Assembly (NCBI GenBank): GCA_049522755.1
Contig: JBEKNN010000005.1
Span: forward strand, 15,768 to 79,767
Direction of reading: 5' to 3'
From: Bryobacteraceae bacterium
Lineage (GTDB): Bacteria > Acidobacteriota > Terriglobia > Bryobacterales > Bryobacteraceae
DNA length: 64,000 nucleotides
Made by a program: the position numbers and the translations under genes. The first letter of the stretch is position 1. Every line of letters starts with the position of its first letter. Positions 55,655 to 64,000 of the stretch are shown here, piece by piece. The notes beneath the pieces are model-generated. The model made no database searches, was not told where the DNA came from, and saw only the letters and a list, made by a program, of their open reading frames with translations.

Positions 55655-57499
55655 ATGCGCCGGTTCGACGAGTCGCCAAAGCCATCTATGATGATGGCGT
55701 GGCCGCTCACCGAGGTACTTATCCAATACGAAGGCAGATTGCAGGAATTACAAGCGGGCCTGGCACAGGTGCGAATGCAGCACATGGCGGCCGCCGCCGT
55801 GACACTGGTTGCCATCGCGATATTCCTGTTGCTCGGCGTCTATGCGCTGAAGCGGCGCGTCCCGCTCTGGCTGCCGGCGCTGCCTGTCCCAATAGCCGCA
55901 GCTTCAGCGCTGCACTACAGACGCCTCGGGCTGGCGGGGTCGCGGATACGGCGATTGCAGCGTTTCTATCAACGGGCCGGCGAGCGCGTAAAGGGGCTCT
56001 GGCCGGGGGAGGGCTTCGCGGGAGATGAATTCGACGGCGGCGATCACGTATATGCGAGGGACCTCGGCATCTTCGGAGAAGGCTCGCTGTTTGAGCTGCT
56101 GTGTATTGCGCGCACCGCCATTGGGCGGCGAGGCCTGGCGAACTATCTGCTGGAAGCTCCTGCGCTCGATGAGACGCGGGGGCGGCAGGAAGCTGTCCGG
56201 GAGCTGCGGAGCCGCGCGGATCTTCGCGAAGCGGTTGCTTTGCTCGGCGAGTTCGAATTTTCCGAATCCAAGTGGGAGACGTTCACGGAGTGGCTGAATT
56301 CGCCGGCCGTGCAGTTCAGCGGGGCCCTCCCGGTAGCAGCCGCCATGACTTCGGCGCTGGCTTTGGGCATCGTTCTGGCCACAGCGGCGGGGCTGCTGTC
56401 TTGGACTCACGCGGCGATTTGGATTCTTCCGCTGGTCTTGTTTCACTCCGCGGCCGGACTGGCGTGCCGAGACAGGGTGAAGCGGATGATGGAATCGCTC
56501 CGCTCGGCAGCGGTTGAAATTCGAGTGCTGCGGGAGGGAATGCAAGTATTGGAATCGCAGCGATTCCAATCCGCGAAGCTGCGCGAAATTACGGCGCGGG
56601 TGCAAAACAGTTCGAAGGCGGTTCGTAAGCTGGAACACCTGCTTGACGCTCTCCACCTGCGGAACAAGGAGTATTTCTATCAGGCCGCGCTGCTGCTGAT
56701 AGCTACCACGCAATTGTGTATGGCCGTGGAGCGGTGGCGAAAGCAATATGGGGCCGCGCTTCGAGACTGGCTGCAAGCGTGGTCGGAATTCGAGGCGCTC
56801 AACGCCTTGGCGAACTATGCTCAAGAGAACCCGGACAGCGCGTTTCCCTTGTTTTCCAATGGGTTTTCCCATGGAGAAGCCCGCTTCGAAGCGGTAGCGC
56901 TGGGACACCCGTTATTGCCGGACGAAACCTGCGTCCGCAACGACGTGCGTCTGAACTCCGCGACCCGCTTTTACATTGTCAGTGGATCGAATATGTCCGG
57001 CAAGAGTTCGCTCTTGCGGGCGATCGGCCTCAACGCGGTTCTGGCATTCGCGGGCGCCCCGGTGCGGGCGCAAGCCATGCAACTCTCGCAACTGTCGGTT
57101 TGCGCCTCGATGGCCGTGGTGGATTCTCTACTGAACGGCAAATCGAAATTCCTGGCCGAGGTGGACCGCGTGCGCCAAACCATCGAGTTGGCCGGCAGCG
57201 GGAAAGCGGTGCTTTTTCTCATCGATGAGATCTTCAGTGGAACCAATTCCCGCGACCGCCATGTGGCTGCCGAAGCCGTAGTTCGAACACTGGTCGGCCG
57301 CGGCGCGGTTGGAGCGCTGTCAACTCACGACATGTCACTCACCGCGATCGCAGCTGCCGAAGGACTCTGCGGCGCCAACGTACACATGTGCGCCAAGCAT
57401 GGAAACGACCCCATGGATTTCGATTACCGCCTCAAGCCTGGAGTTACCAGTGAGACCAACGCGCTGGCCATCGCCCGAATGGCGGGCGTGCCGGTCTAG
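55655..57499 (+). CDS. Membrane-anchored MutS-related ATPase (MutS domain V only)
   Basis: N-terminal TM helices, Walker A GSNMSGKSSLLRAIG, Walker B LFLIDEIFSGTNSRDR, then STHD. No mismatch-binding domain is seen. The start is uncertain (55655 or 55688). Confidence 0.75.
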   Translation: MRRFDESPKPSMMMAWPLTEVLIQYEGRLQELQAGLAQVRMQHMAAAAVTLVAIAIFLLLGVYALKRRVPLWLPALPVPIAAASALHYRRLGLAGSRIRRLQRFYQRAGERVKGLWPGEGFAGDEFDGGDHVYARDLGIFGEGSLFELLCIARTAIGRRGLANYLLEAPALDETRGRQEAVRELRSRADLREAVALLGEFEFSESKWETFTEWLNSPAVQFSGALPVAAAMTSALALGIVLATAAGLLSWTHAAIWILPLVLFHSAAGLACRDRVKRMMESLRSAAVEIRVLREGMQVLESQRFQSAKLREITARVQNSSKAVRKLEHLLDALHLRNKEYFYQAALLLIATTQLCMAVERWRKQYGAALRDWLQAWSEFEALNALANYAQENPDSAFPLFSNGFSHGEARFEAVALGHPLLPDETCVRNDVRLNSATRFYIVSGSNMSGKSSLLRAIGLNAVLAFAGAPVRAQAMQLSQLSVCASMAVVDSLLNGKSKFLAEVDRVRQTIELAGSGKAVLFLIDEIFSGTNSRDRHVAAEAVVRTLVGRGAVGALSTHDMSLTAIAAAEGLCGANVHMCAKHGNDPMDFDYRLKPGVTSETNALAIARMAGVPV

Positions 57500-57600
57500 C
57501 TTACGCCGGCGTAATCGATTTTCGGTATGTGGAAATTGGATCGCGGACGCAACAGGATGGGCTTCGCCGGAGAGAACCATCAACGCCTTGATGGAGCCCG

Positions 57601-57630
57601 ACGTCACTCATTCCAAGACTACGTCACTCA
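57601..57630 (+). promoter_or_regulatory. 10-bp perfect direct repeat acgtcactca, two copies spaced 20 bp start to start, ending 1 nt before the ADOP start codon
   Basis: Read directly. Confidence 0.2.
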
Positions 57631-57631
57631 G

Positions 57632-60064
57632 ATGGAATCCATGCTGCAAGACCTCCGCCACGCTGTGCGGGCGCTGCGGACGGCTCCTGCCTTTACTGCC
57701 ATCGCGGTCCTGACGCTGGCATTGGGAATCGGCGTCAACGCAGCGATCTTCAGCGTTGTGTATGCGGTGCTGCTGCGTCCGCTTCCCTACCACCAGCCCG
57801 AACAACTCGCACTGATCTCATCGGCCATCGAAAAACCGGGCGCCTCCCGCACCCCGATGCCCGGCGCTCTCTTCAACGAAATCAAGCAGCGCGCCAGGCT
57901 GTTGTCCGGCATCGCCGGCATTACCGTTACCAACGCCAGATTGGATACCGCGGAAGCCCCGGAACTAATCCGTAACGCGGGCGTCAGCTCCAATTTCTTC
58001 GATCTGCTCGGCGTCCGGGCCGTCCGCGGACGCGCCGTTGCGTCCGCCGAAGAATTGACGGCGCACAACCTGGTCGTCTTGAGTAATGGCTTCTGGCGCA
58101 GCCGCCTTGGAGGCGATCCGAATATTGCCGGCAAAGACATTCATCTTCAGGGAGGAGAGATCTTCACGGTCCTCGGCGTGCTGCCGGAAGATTTCCGCGT
58201 GTACTTTCCCCCCGATTCCGGCGTACTTTCAGAGGTCCAGCTCTTCTATCTTGCACCAGATTTTTCTTCCGCCTCGAACTATCTCGCGGCCCGCCTCAAG
58301 CCGGGTGTAACCTTCCCGCAGGCACAACAGGAAATGAACGCGATTGCAGCCAGGTTCGCCGCCAGGTTCACCCAAGCCAACGCAGAATTCGGCGCCGGCA
58401 GAAGGCTGAATATCGTCTCTATGCAGGGCGAAGCGGTGCGCGATCTCAAGCCGGCCTTGATCGCGCTGTTCGCCGGGGCCGCGTTCGTCCTGCTGATTTG
58501 CTGCGTCAACGTCGCCAATCTGCTGCTGGCGCGCGCCAACGGCCGGCGGAAAGAGGTCGCGATCCGCTCTGCGCTGGGCGCGTCGCAAGCGCGCATACTT
58601 CGCCAGTTGCTCACCGAAAGCCTGCTGTTGTGCTGTCTCGCGGGAACGGCGGGGCTGGCGCTCGGGTGGGCTGGCATCCGGCTGTTCCTTCGATTCCGGC
58701 CCGAATCGCTGGCCCGCATGGGAGACGTCGGTTTGAACTGGCGAGTGCTCGCGTTCGTAGCGGCAGTGTCGCTGGCCGCCGTGCTGCTATTCGGCCTGGC
58801 GCCCAGCGTCGAGTTCGCCAAGGTGGAATTAGTCCAGACTTTGCGCGAAGGCGGACGAACCTCGCTTACTTCGGGAAGCCGCGGCATCCGGGCGGCGTTA
58901 ATTGTGTGCGAGGTCACGCTGGGCTTTGTGCTGGTCGTTGGCGCCGGGCTAATGCTTCGGACTTTCGATCGGATTCAACGCGTCCGGCCGGGATTTGAGC
59001 CGCAAAATCTTCTGACCTTCCAATTGAATACCCCAGGGGGGCTCGGCGCAGGGGCGCTGTTCAGCTTCATCAAAGATTGGGAATCGCAGATTCAGGCGCT
59101 CCCCGGAGTGCTCGCAGTCGGCGAGACCACTCTTGTACCCTTGGATGACTCCCCGAATTGGTACAGACCGTACCGGCCCGAAGGCGCGCCCGCGCCCGAG
59201 AGCGCGCCCTTGATGGCCGACTATCGCAGCATCACTCCGGGATTCCTGCGAACCATGAGGACGCGGCTACTCGAAGGCCGCTATTTCGATGACCACGACC
59301 AAGCCGACAGCCCGCCGGTGGTCATCGTTGACGACGTCCTCGCCAACACCGCTTGGCCCGGACAGAGCGCCATCGGGAAGAGGATCGAATCCGAGCACCT
59401 TACCGAAGACGGCTTCCAGCCTTTGTGGGCCGAGGTTGTAGGCGTGGTCGAGTCTACCCGAAACTACTCTCTCTCCGAGAATCCGCGCAGTGAGATCTAC
59501 CTTCCGTTCGAGCAGAGCCCGCGGAGGCCGTATAGTTACACCGTGCGGACAAAGGGGGACCCATCAACGCTCGCCGGCCCAATTCGCCGATTGCTGTATA
59601 GGATGCAACCACACGCCGCCATGGGCAATATCCGTCCCATGAGAGAGTATGTGGAGCAAGCGCAGGCGCCCGTCGCGCTCACTGCGATGCTGGCTGGAGT
59701 CTTCGGCGCGCTAGCCCTGGCGCTGGCGGCAATCGGAATCTACGGAGTCATCGATTACTCCGTCTCGCGGCGCATGCATGAGATGGGCGTGCGCATGGCT
59801 CTCGGCGCCAACGGCTCCGACATCCTGCGGATGGTGATACGAGAAGGCCTGACACCGACTGTCGCGGGCATGACTCTGGGAGTTGCCGGCGCCCTGGCTG
59901 TCTCGCGTCAACTGCAAAGCTTCGTGTTTGGAATATCTTCCACCGATCCCCTGACCTATGCGCTGGCGATCGTTGTCATTCCATCCGCGGCGATGGTTGG
60001 ATGCTGGCGGCCTGCGGCAAGGGCGGCGGCCGCCAATCCGGTGGATGCAATCCGCTCCGAATAA
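57632..60064 (+). CDS. ADOP-type MacB/FtsX permease (short N-terminus, no PadR partner)
   Basis: Start chosen at MESMLQDLRHAVRALRTAPAFTAIAVLTLALGIG. Duplicated FtsX modules (LLICCVNVANLLLARANGRRKEVAIRSALGASQARI). Confidence 0.9.
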   Translation: MESMLQDLRHAVRALRTAPAFTAIAVLTLALGIGVNAAIFSVVYAVLLRPLPYHQPEQLALISSAIEKPGASRTPMPGALFNEIKQRARLLSGIAGITVTNARLDTAEAPELIRNAGVSSNFFDLLGVRAVRGRAVASAEELTAHNLVVLSNGFWRSRLGGDPNIAGKDIHLQGGEIFTVLGVLPEDFRVYFPPDSGVLSEVQLFYLAPDFSSASNYLAARLKPGVTFPQAQQEMNAIAARFAARFTQANAEFGAGRRLNIVSMQGEAVRDLKPALIALFAGAAFVLLICCVNVANLLLARANGRRKEVAIRSALGASQARILRQLLTESLLLCCLAGTAGLALGWAGIRLFLRFRPESLARMGDVGLNWRVLAFVAAVSLAAVLLFGLAPSVEFAKVELVQTLREGGRTSLTSGSRGIRAALIVCEVTLGFVLVVGAGLMLRTFDRIQRVRPGFEPQNLLTFQLNTPGGLGAGALFSFIKDWESQIQALPGVLAVGETTLVPLDDSPNWYRPYRPEGAPAPESAPLMADYRSITPGFLRTMRTRLLEGRYFDDHDQADSPPVVIVDDVLANTAWPGQSAIGKRIESEHLTEDGFQPLWAEVVGVVESTRNYSLSENPRSEIYLPFEQSPRRPYSYTVRTKGDPSTLAGPIRRLLYRMQPHAAMGNIRPMREYVEQAQAPVALTAMLAGVFGALALALAAIGIYGVIDYSVSRRMHEMGVRMALGANGSDILRMVIREGLTPTVAGMTLGVAGALAVSRQLQSFVFGISSTDPLTYALAIVVIPSAAMVGCWRPAARAAAANPVDAIRSE

Positions 60065-60168
60065 CATGGTTTGGAATAAGACTTGGTTTTTGTATAGGAA
60101 CTTCCGCCCTACATCCTCGTCTAATCTTCTAGCCGCGCGCGGCCACAAAAACCAGCGAGGAGCCATCC

Positions 60169-62625
60169 ATGGAAACACTCATAGCCGACCTTAAACAAGC
60201 CTTCCGCATGTTCCGTCAAAGCCCCGGCTTCACCGCTACGGCGGTTTCCGCGCTGGCCCTGGGAATCGGCGCCAACACGGCCATCTTCTCGGTCATCAAC
60301 ACGGTCCTGCTGATGCCGCTGCCGTTTCCCGCGCCAGAGCGCATCGTGGTGCTGATGAACAGCTCCCCACAGGGCAGCGGGCCGGCTGCGTCCGTGCCGA
60401 AATACAACCTCTGGCGGCGGCAGACCAGCGTGCTGGAAGACATCGCCGCGTACGACACCGGTGGACCCGGGCTGAATCTCAGCGGCGGCGACCGCCCCGA
60501 ACAGCTCAAGGGAATCCACGTCTCCTATGAATTCTTCCGTCTCTTCGGCGCCACGCCGGTTCTGGGCCGCACCTTCACCGCGGACGAAGACCGCCCCCGC
60601 GGCGGCCACCTCACCGTGCTCTCGAATGGACTCTGGCAGCGCCGCTTCGGCTCCGACCCCGCCATCATCGGCAAGACTCTCTCCATGGGCGGCGAACCCT
60701 ACACGGTGATCGGCGTCCTGGGCCCCGATTTCGCCTTCGATCCGCCCGCGGATCTCTACCTCCCATTCCAGGCCGACCCCAATAGCACCAATCAGGGGCA
60801 TTATTTCCGCGCGGCCGCCCGCCTCAAGCCGGGCGTCTCTTTGGGCTCCGCCAAGGCGGCTCTCAACCTGGCAGGCGAAGAGTTCCGGCGCATGTACCCG
60901 ACTGCCATCGGTCCCAACAACAGCTTCACCGTGGAACCCATGCAGCAGCTTATGGTTCGCAATGTGCGCACCGCTCTCTATGTTTTGCTGGGCGCCGTCG
61001 CCTTCGTGCTGCTGATCGCCTGCGCCAATGTCGCCAACCTGCTGCTGGCGCGCGCCAATTCCCGCTCGCGCGAAATCGCCATCCGCTCCGCCATCGGCGC
61101 CGGACGCGGCCGCATCGTCCGCCAACTGCTCACGGAAAGCCTGCTGCTCTCAGTGACCGGCGGCATTGCCGGGCTCGCTATCGGTGTTTTGGGAGTGCGC
61201 GCTTTGCTGGCCGTAAATCCGGGCGACATCCCGCGCATCGGTCCGGAGGGCGCCGCCGTCACGCTCGATTGGCGCATCCTCTGCTTCACGCTTCTGCTGT
61301 CTGTTGCCACCGGAATTCTCTTCGGTCTGGTTCCCGCGCTGCATGCCTCGCGCGTCGACCTGAATTCGACCCTCAAGGAAACCGGCGCGCGCTCCGGTTC
61401 CGGCCTGCGCCAAAACAAGATGCGCGGGCTGCTGGTGGTCACCGAAATTGCGCTCGCCATGGTGCTGCTGGTGGGCGCCGGACTGCTCATCCGCACTTTC
61501 GCCGCGCTGCATCACGTGGACCCCGGCTTCGATGCCCACAACGTCCTCACCATGGAAACCGCGCTTACCGGAACCCGCTTCGACCACACCGCCGCTATCG
61601 ACATCGTGACTCGCCAGATACTCGAACGCATCCAGGCGATACCGGGCGTGGAATGCGCCGCCGCCAGTTCCTACCTGCCGCTCGATGGCGGACTTGGCCT
61701 CGGCTTCATCATCGAAGGGCGCCCGCTTACCAAGGAACCCGAACACGGCGGCGCCGCGTGGAATTACGTTACGCCGCGCTTTTTCGACGTGTTCCGCATC
61801 CCCATCGTCGCCGGCCGCGCCTTCAATGAGCGCGACGACGCCGCGGGCCCTCCCGTGGTAATGATCAACCAGGCCATGGCCAAACGCTATTGGAAGAATG
61901 AAAACCCCATCGGCCAGCGGCTGATCATCGGGTCGGGCATGGGCCCCAACTTCGCGCAGGCCCCCCGGCAGATCATCGGCATTGTGGGCGATGCGCGCGA
62001 TGGCGGTCTCAATAGCGATCCCGACTCGGAGACGTTCGTGCCACTGTCCCAGGTCCGCGATTCCTACATGGAGCTTAACAATACGTTCATGCCGCTGCGC
62101 TGGCTGGTGCGCACGCGAGTGGCGCCTTTCTCGCTGAACGCGCCCATCCAGCGGGCATTTCAGGATGCGGCCGATCTGCCGGTGGCGCACGTGCGCAGCA
62201 TGGAGCAGATCGTGGCGCAATCCACCGCCGGCAATCAGTTTAATACGCTGCTGCTGGGCATTTTCGCCTTTTTCGCGATTCTGCTGGCGTCGATCGGCCT
62301 CTACGGTCTCATGGCTTATTCCGTGGAGCAGCGCACGCTGGAGTTCGGCATCCGCCTGGCGCTGGGCGCCGATTTCCCCCTGCTGCGAAACATGATCGTG
62401 CGCCAGGCGATGACGCTGGCCCTGATCGGCATCGGAATCGGACTCGCGGCCGCGTATGGGCTCACGCGCCTGATGGCGTCGCTGCTATTCGACGTCAAGC
62501 CGAACGATCCGGTGATTTTTGCGGCGGTAGCGGTTCTGCTGGGCGCCATCGCTTCGCTTGCCAGCTATATCCCCGCACGCCGCGCCCTTCGGATAGACCC
62601 GGTGGTGGCGCTGCGGTATCAGTAG
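60169..62625 (+). CDS. ADOP-type MacB/FtsX permease (short N-terminus)
   Basis: 818 aa. METLIADLKQAFRMFRQSPGFTATAVSALALGIG, then LLIACANVANLLLARANSRSREIAIRSAIGAGRGRI. Confidence 0.9.
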   Translation: METLIADLKQAFRMFRQSPGFTATAVSALALGIGANTAIFSVINTVLLMPLPFPAPERIVVLMNSSPQGSGPAASVPKYNLWRRQTSVLEDIAAYDTGGPGLNLSGGDRPEQLKGIHVSYEFFRLFGATPVLGRTFTADEDRPRGGHLTVLSNGLWQRRFGSDPAIIGKTLSMGGEPYTVIGVLGPDFAFDPPADLYLPFQADPNSTNQGHYFRAAARLKPGVSLGSAKAALNLAGEEFRRMYPTAIGPNNSFTVEPMQQLMVRNVRTALYVLLGAVAFVLLIACANVANLLLARANSRSREIAIRSAIGAGRGRIVRQLLTESLLLSVTGGIAGLAIGVLGVRALLAVNPGDIPRIGPEGAAVTLDWRILCFTLLLSVATGILFGLVPALHASRVDLNSTLKETGARSGSGLRQNKMRGLLVVTEIALAMVLLVGAGLLIRTFAALHHVDPGFDAHNVLTMETALTGTRFDHTAAIDIVTRQILERIQAIPGVECAAASSYLPLDGGLGLGFIIEGRPLTKEPEHGGAAWNYVTPRFFDVFRIPIVAGRAFNERDDAAGPPVVMINQAMAKRYWKNENPIGQRLIIGSGMGPNFAQAPRQIIGIVGDARDGGLNSDPDSETFVPLSQVRDSYMELNNTFMPLRWLVRTRVAPFSLNAPIQRAFQDAADLPVAHVRSMEQIVAQSTAGNQFNTLLLGIFAFFAILLASIGLYGLMAYSVEQRTLEFGIRLALGADFPLLRNMIVRQAMTLALIGIGIGLAAAYGLTRLMASLLFDVKPNDPVIFAAVAVLLGAIASLASYIPARRALRIDPVVALRYQ

Positions 62626-62667
62626 GAGGGCAGTCGATCGTCCCGGTGTCACCCGCGAATGTTCCTG

Positions 62668-62696
62668 TTGCTTTAATTTAGCCAAATAGCTAAATT
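62668..62696 (+). promoter_or_regulatory. Putative arsR-like promoter (TTGCTT, 17 nt, TAAATT) containing the inverted repeat AATTTAGC-caaata-GCTAAATT. Candidate operator.
   Basis: Read directly. The inverted repeat spans 62675-62696 and covers the -10. The predicted transcription start is within a few nt of the ATG at 62704, so the mRNA may be leaderless. Confidence 0.35.
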
Positions 62697-62703
62697 GAAA
62701 ATA

Positions 62704-63003
62704 ATGAAAGCCACGGCCAAGATTTTCCGCGCCCTTGCCGACCCCACCCGCCGTCAAATCCTGGAGGAGCTCAAACACGGCCCGCTCCCCGCCGGCGAAA
62801 TCGCCAGCCGCTTCCCGGTCTCCGCGCCAACTATTTCCCGCCACCTCTCGCTCCTTGAGGCCGCCGGACTGGTCTCGTATCGCCGCCAAGCCAACCGCCT
62901 CATCTACGAGGCCGAAACTGAAAGCCTGGCCAGCGCCCTGAACGGCTTTCTCAGCGCCGTTTGCCCCACGCAGATCTTAGAAAGAAAACGGAGGAAGAAA
63001 TGA
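62704..63003 (+). CDS. ArsR/SmtB-family transcriptional regulator
   Basis: FRALADPTRRQILEELKHGPLPAGEIASRFPVSAPTISRHLSLLEAAGLV. The track start at 62695 is a TTG, so the ATG at 62704 is preferred. Confidence 0.85.
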   Translation: MKATAKIFRALADPTRRQILEELKHGPLPAGEIASRFPVSAPTISRHLSLLEAAGLVSYRRQANRLIYEAETESLASALNGFLSAVCPTQILERKRRKK

Positions 63004-63944
63004 AAATCGCCATTACCGGCGGAACCGGTTTCGTTGGACGCCACCTCGCCCAGCATCTGATTTCCCTTGGCCACCAGCCGATCCTCCTCGCCCGCGGACG
63101 CGACCTCCGTCACGCACCCGTCGCCCCGGTCATCCACACCGATCTCTCGGACCCCGGCTTACTCGCGGAAGCCATCCGCGGATGCGATGCCATCGCCCAT
63201 TGCGCCGGAATCAATCGCGAAATCGGCTCGCAAACCTATCGGCGCATCCATGTTGAAGGCACACGCAACGTCATCGAAGCCGCCCGACTGGCCGGCATCC
63301 AGCGCCTTCTCATGCTCAGTTTCCTCCGCGCCCGTCCGGATTGCGGCTCGCCTTATCATGAATCGAAGTTTCAAGCTGAAGAGCTTTTGCGCCAATCCGG
63401 GCTGGACTACACCATTCTGAAAGCCGGCATGGTCTATGGCCGCGGCGACCACATGCTCGACCACTTGAGCCACACGCTCTTCACTCTATCCCTCTTCGCG
63501 ACGGTCGGATTCCGTGAGCAGCCCATCCGCCCCGTCGCCGTCAATGACGTGACACGCATTATGGCGGCCGCACTCACGGCCGGACGCCTCTCGCGCCAAA
63601 CCGTCTTCGTGCTCGGCCCCGAAACGCTCCTGCTCAGCGAAGCTGTCCGCCGCGTAGCCGCGACGCTGCATCGCCGCGTCTGGATACTCCCGGCGCCCGT
63701 CGTCTTCCATCGCATGCTGGCTGCCGTCTGTGAACGCACTATGGCGATCCCTCTGGTCGCACGCGCGCAAGTGCGGATGCTCGCGGAAGGATTCCTCGAA
63801 GCGGCCCCCGCCGCCGACGCTCTCCCGGACGACCTGAAGCCACAACTCCGATTCACCGCCAGCCAGATCTGCCAAGGTCTCCCCGATCCCGGCCCCTTCA
63901 CTTGCGCAGACCTCCGCGTCCATGTGTGCCAGCACGGCCGTTGA
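63000..63944 (+). CDS. NAD(P)-binding atypical SDR / NmrA-NDUFA9-like epimerase-family protein
   Basis: Its ATGA overlaps the arsR stop, and GGAGGA lies 5 nt upstream. MKIAITGGTGFVGRHLAQHL is a Rossmann GxxGxxG motif. Confidence 0.75.
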   Translation: MKIAITGGTGFVGRHLAQHLISLGHQPILLARGRDLRHAPVAPVIHTDLSDPGLLAEAIRGCDAIAHCAGINREIGSQTYRRIHVEGTRNVIEAARLAGIQRLLMLSFLRARPDCGSPYHESKFQAEELLRQSGLDYTILKAGMVYGRGDHMLDHLSHTLFTLSLFATVGFREQPIRPVAVNDVTRIMAAALTAGRLSRQTVFVLGPETLLLSEAVRRVAATLHRRVWILPAPVVFHRMLAAVCERTMAIPLVARAQVRMLAEGFLEAAPAADALPDDLKPQLRFTASQICQGLPDPGPFTCADLRVHVCQHGR

Positions 63945-64000
63945 CCTTCGCGGCCATGCACCAACCGGATTGCAAGTCTAATTCCCGGTCGGCACTTTCT

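Noticed and set aside
57501-57524. Intrinsic terminator after the MutS-like gene (palindrome TTACGCCGGCGTAA followed by TCGATTTTC).
   Set aside because: The effective stem is only about 5 bp once a loop is allowed, and the U-tract is short and interrupted. This is too weak to call.

Overview
High-GC bacterial chromosomal segment. Several lineage-specific families point to Acidobacteriota, probably a Solibacter/Bryobacter-like organism. These are five ADOP-type MacB/FtsX duplicated orphan permeases (about one fifth of the window, two preceded by PadR regulators), a VWFA-related acidobacterial domain protein, and a Solibacter-type C-terminal Ig-like domain. All family names come from motif recognition by eye; no database search was run.

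Main content:
- padR-ADOP followed by an orphan higA.
- A minus-strand operon: DUF1592-type heme protein, DUF1552, nucleoside-hydrolase-like protein, esterase.
- A gene-decay zone at about 9.8-12.2 kb.
- A PQQ/cytochrome c dehydrogenase cluster and a phospholipase C.
- A beta-propeller fused to a di-heme peroxidase-like domain.
- A four-gene translationally coupled operon: PP2C phosphatase, Ser/Thr kinase, fused SEDS-class B PBP, FhaA-like FHA protein.
- A frameshifted glycoside-hydrolase-like gene.
- padR-ADOP-ADOP in tandem.
- A PRTase plus polyprenyl glycosylphosphotransferase.
- A TonB receptor, YfiR/DUF4154 and CHASE8 hybrid kinase module.
- A BNR/sortilin-like protein, MqnC, an aminotransferase, a membrane MutS-like ATPase, two more ADOPs, and ArsR plus an SDR-like protein.

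No rRNA, tRNA, CRISPR array or transposase was found.

Most notable observations:
- The actinobacterial-style FHA/STPK/PP2C cell-wall signalling operon, with SEDS and bPBP fused into one polypeptide and non-canonical ectodomains.
- A 14-bp tandem duplication that creates a 5-codon relay mini-ORF at one of its gene junctions.
- A 45-bp direct duplication of a permease 3' end flanking the orphan higA.
- The PadR-ADOP modules, where an N-terminal cytoplasmic extension appears only on the PadR-linked permeases.
- A family of GT[AG]G-headed REP-like hairpin elements, one of which now encodes the C-terminus of a protein.
- Several frameshifted or truncated genes.
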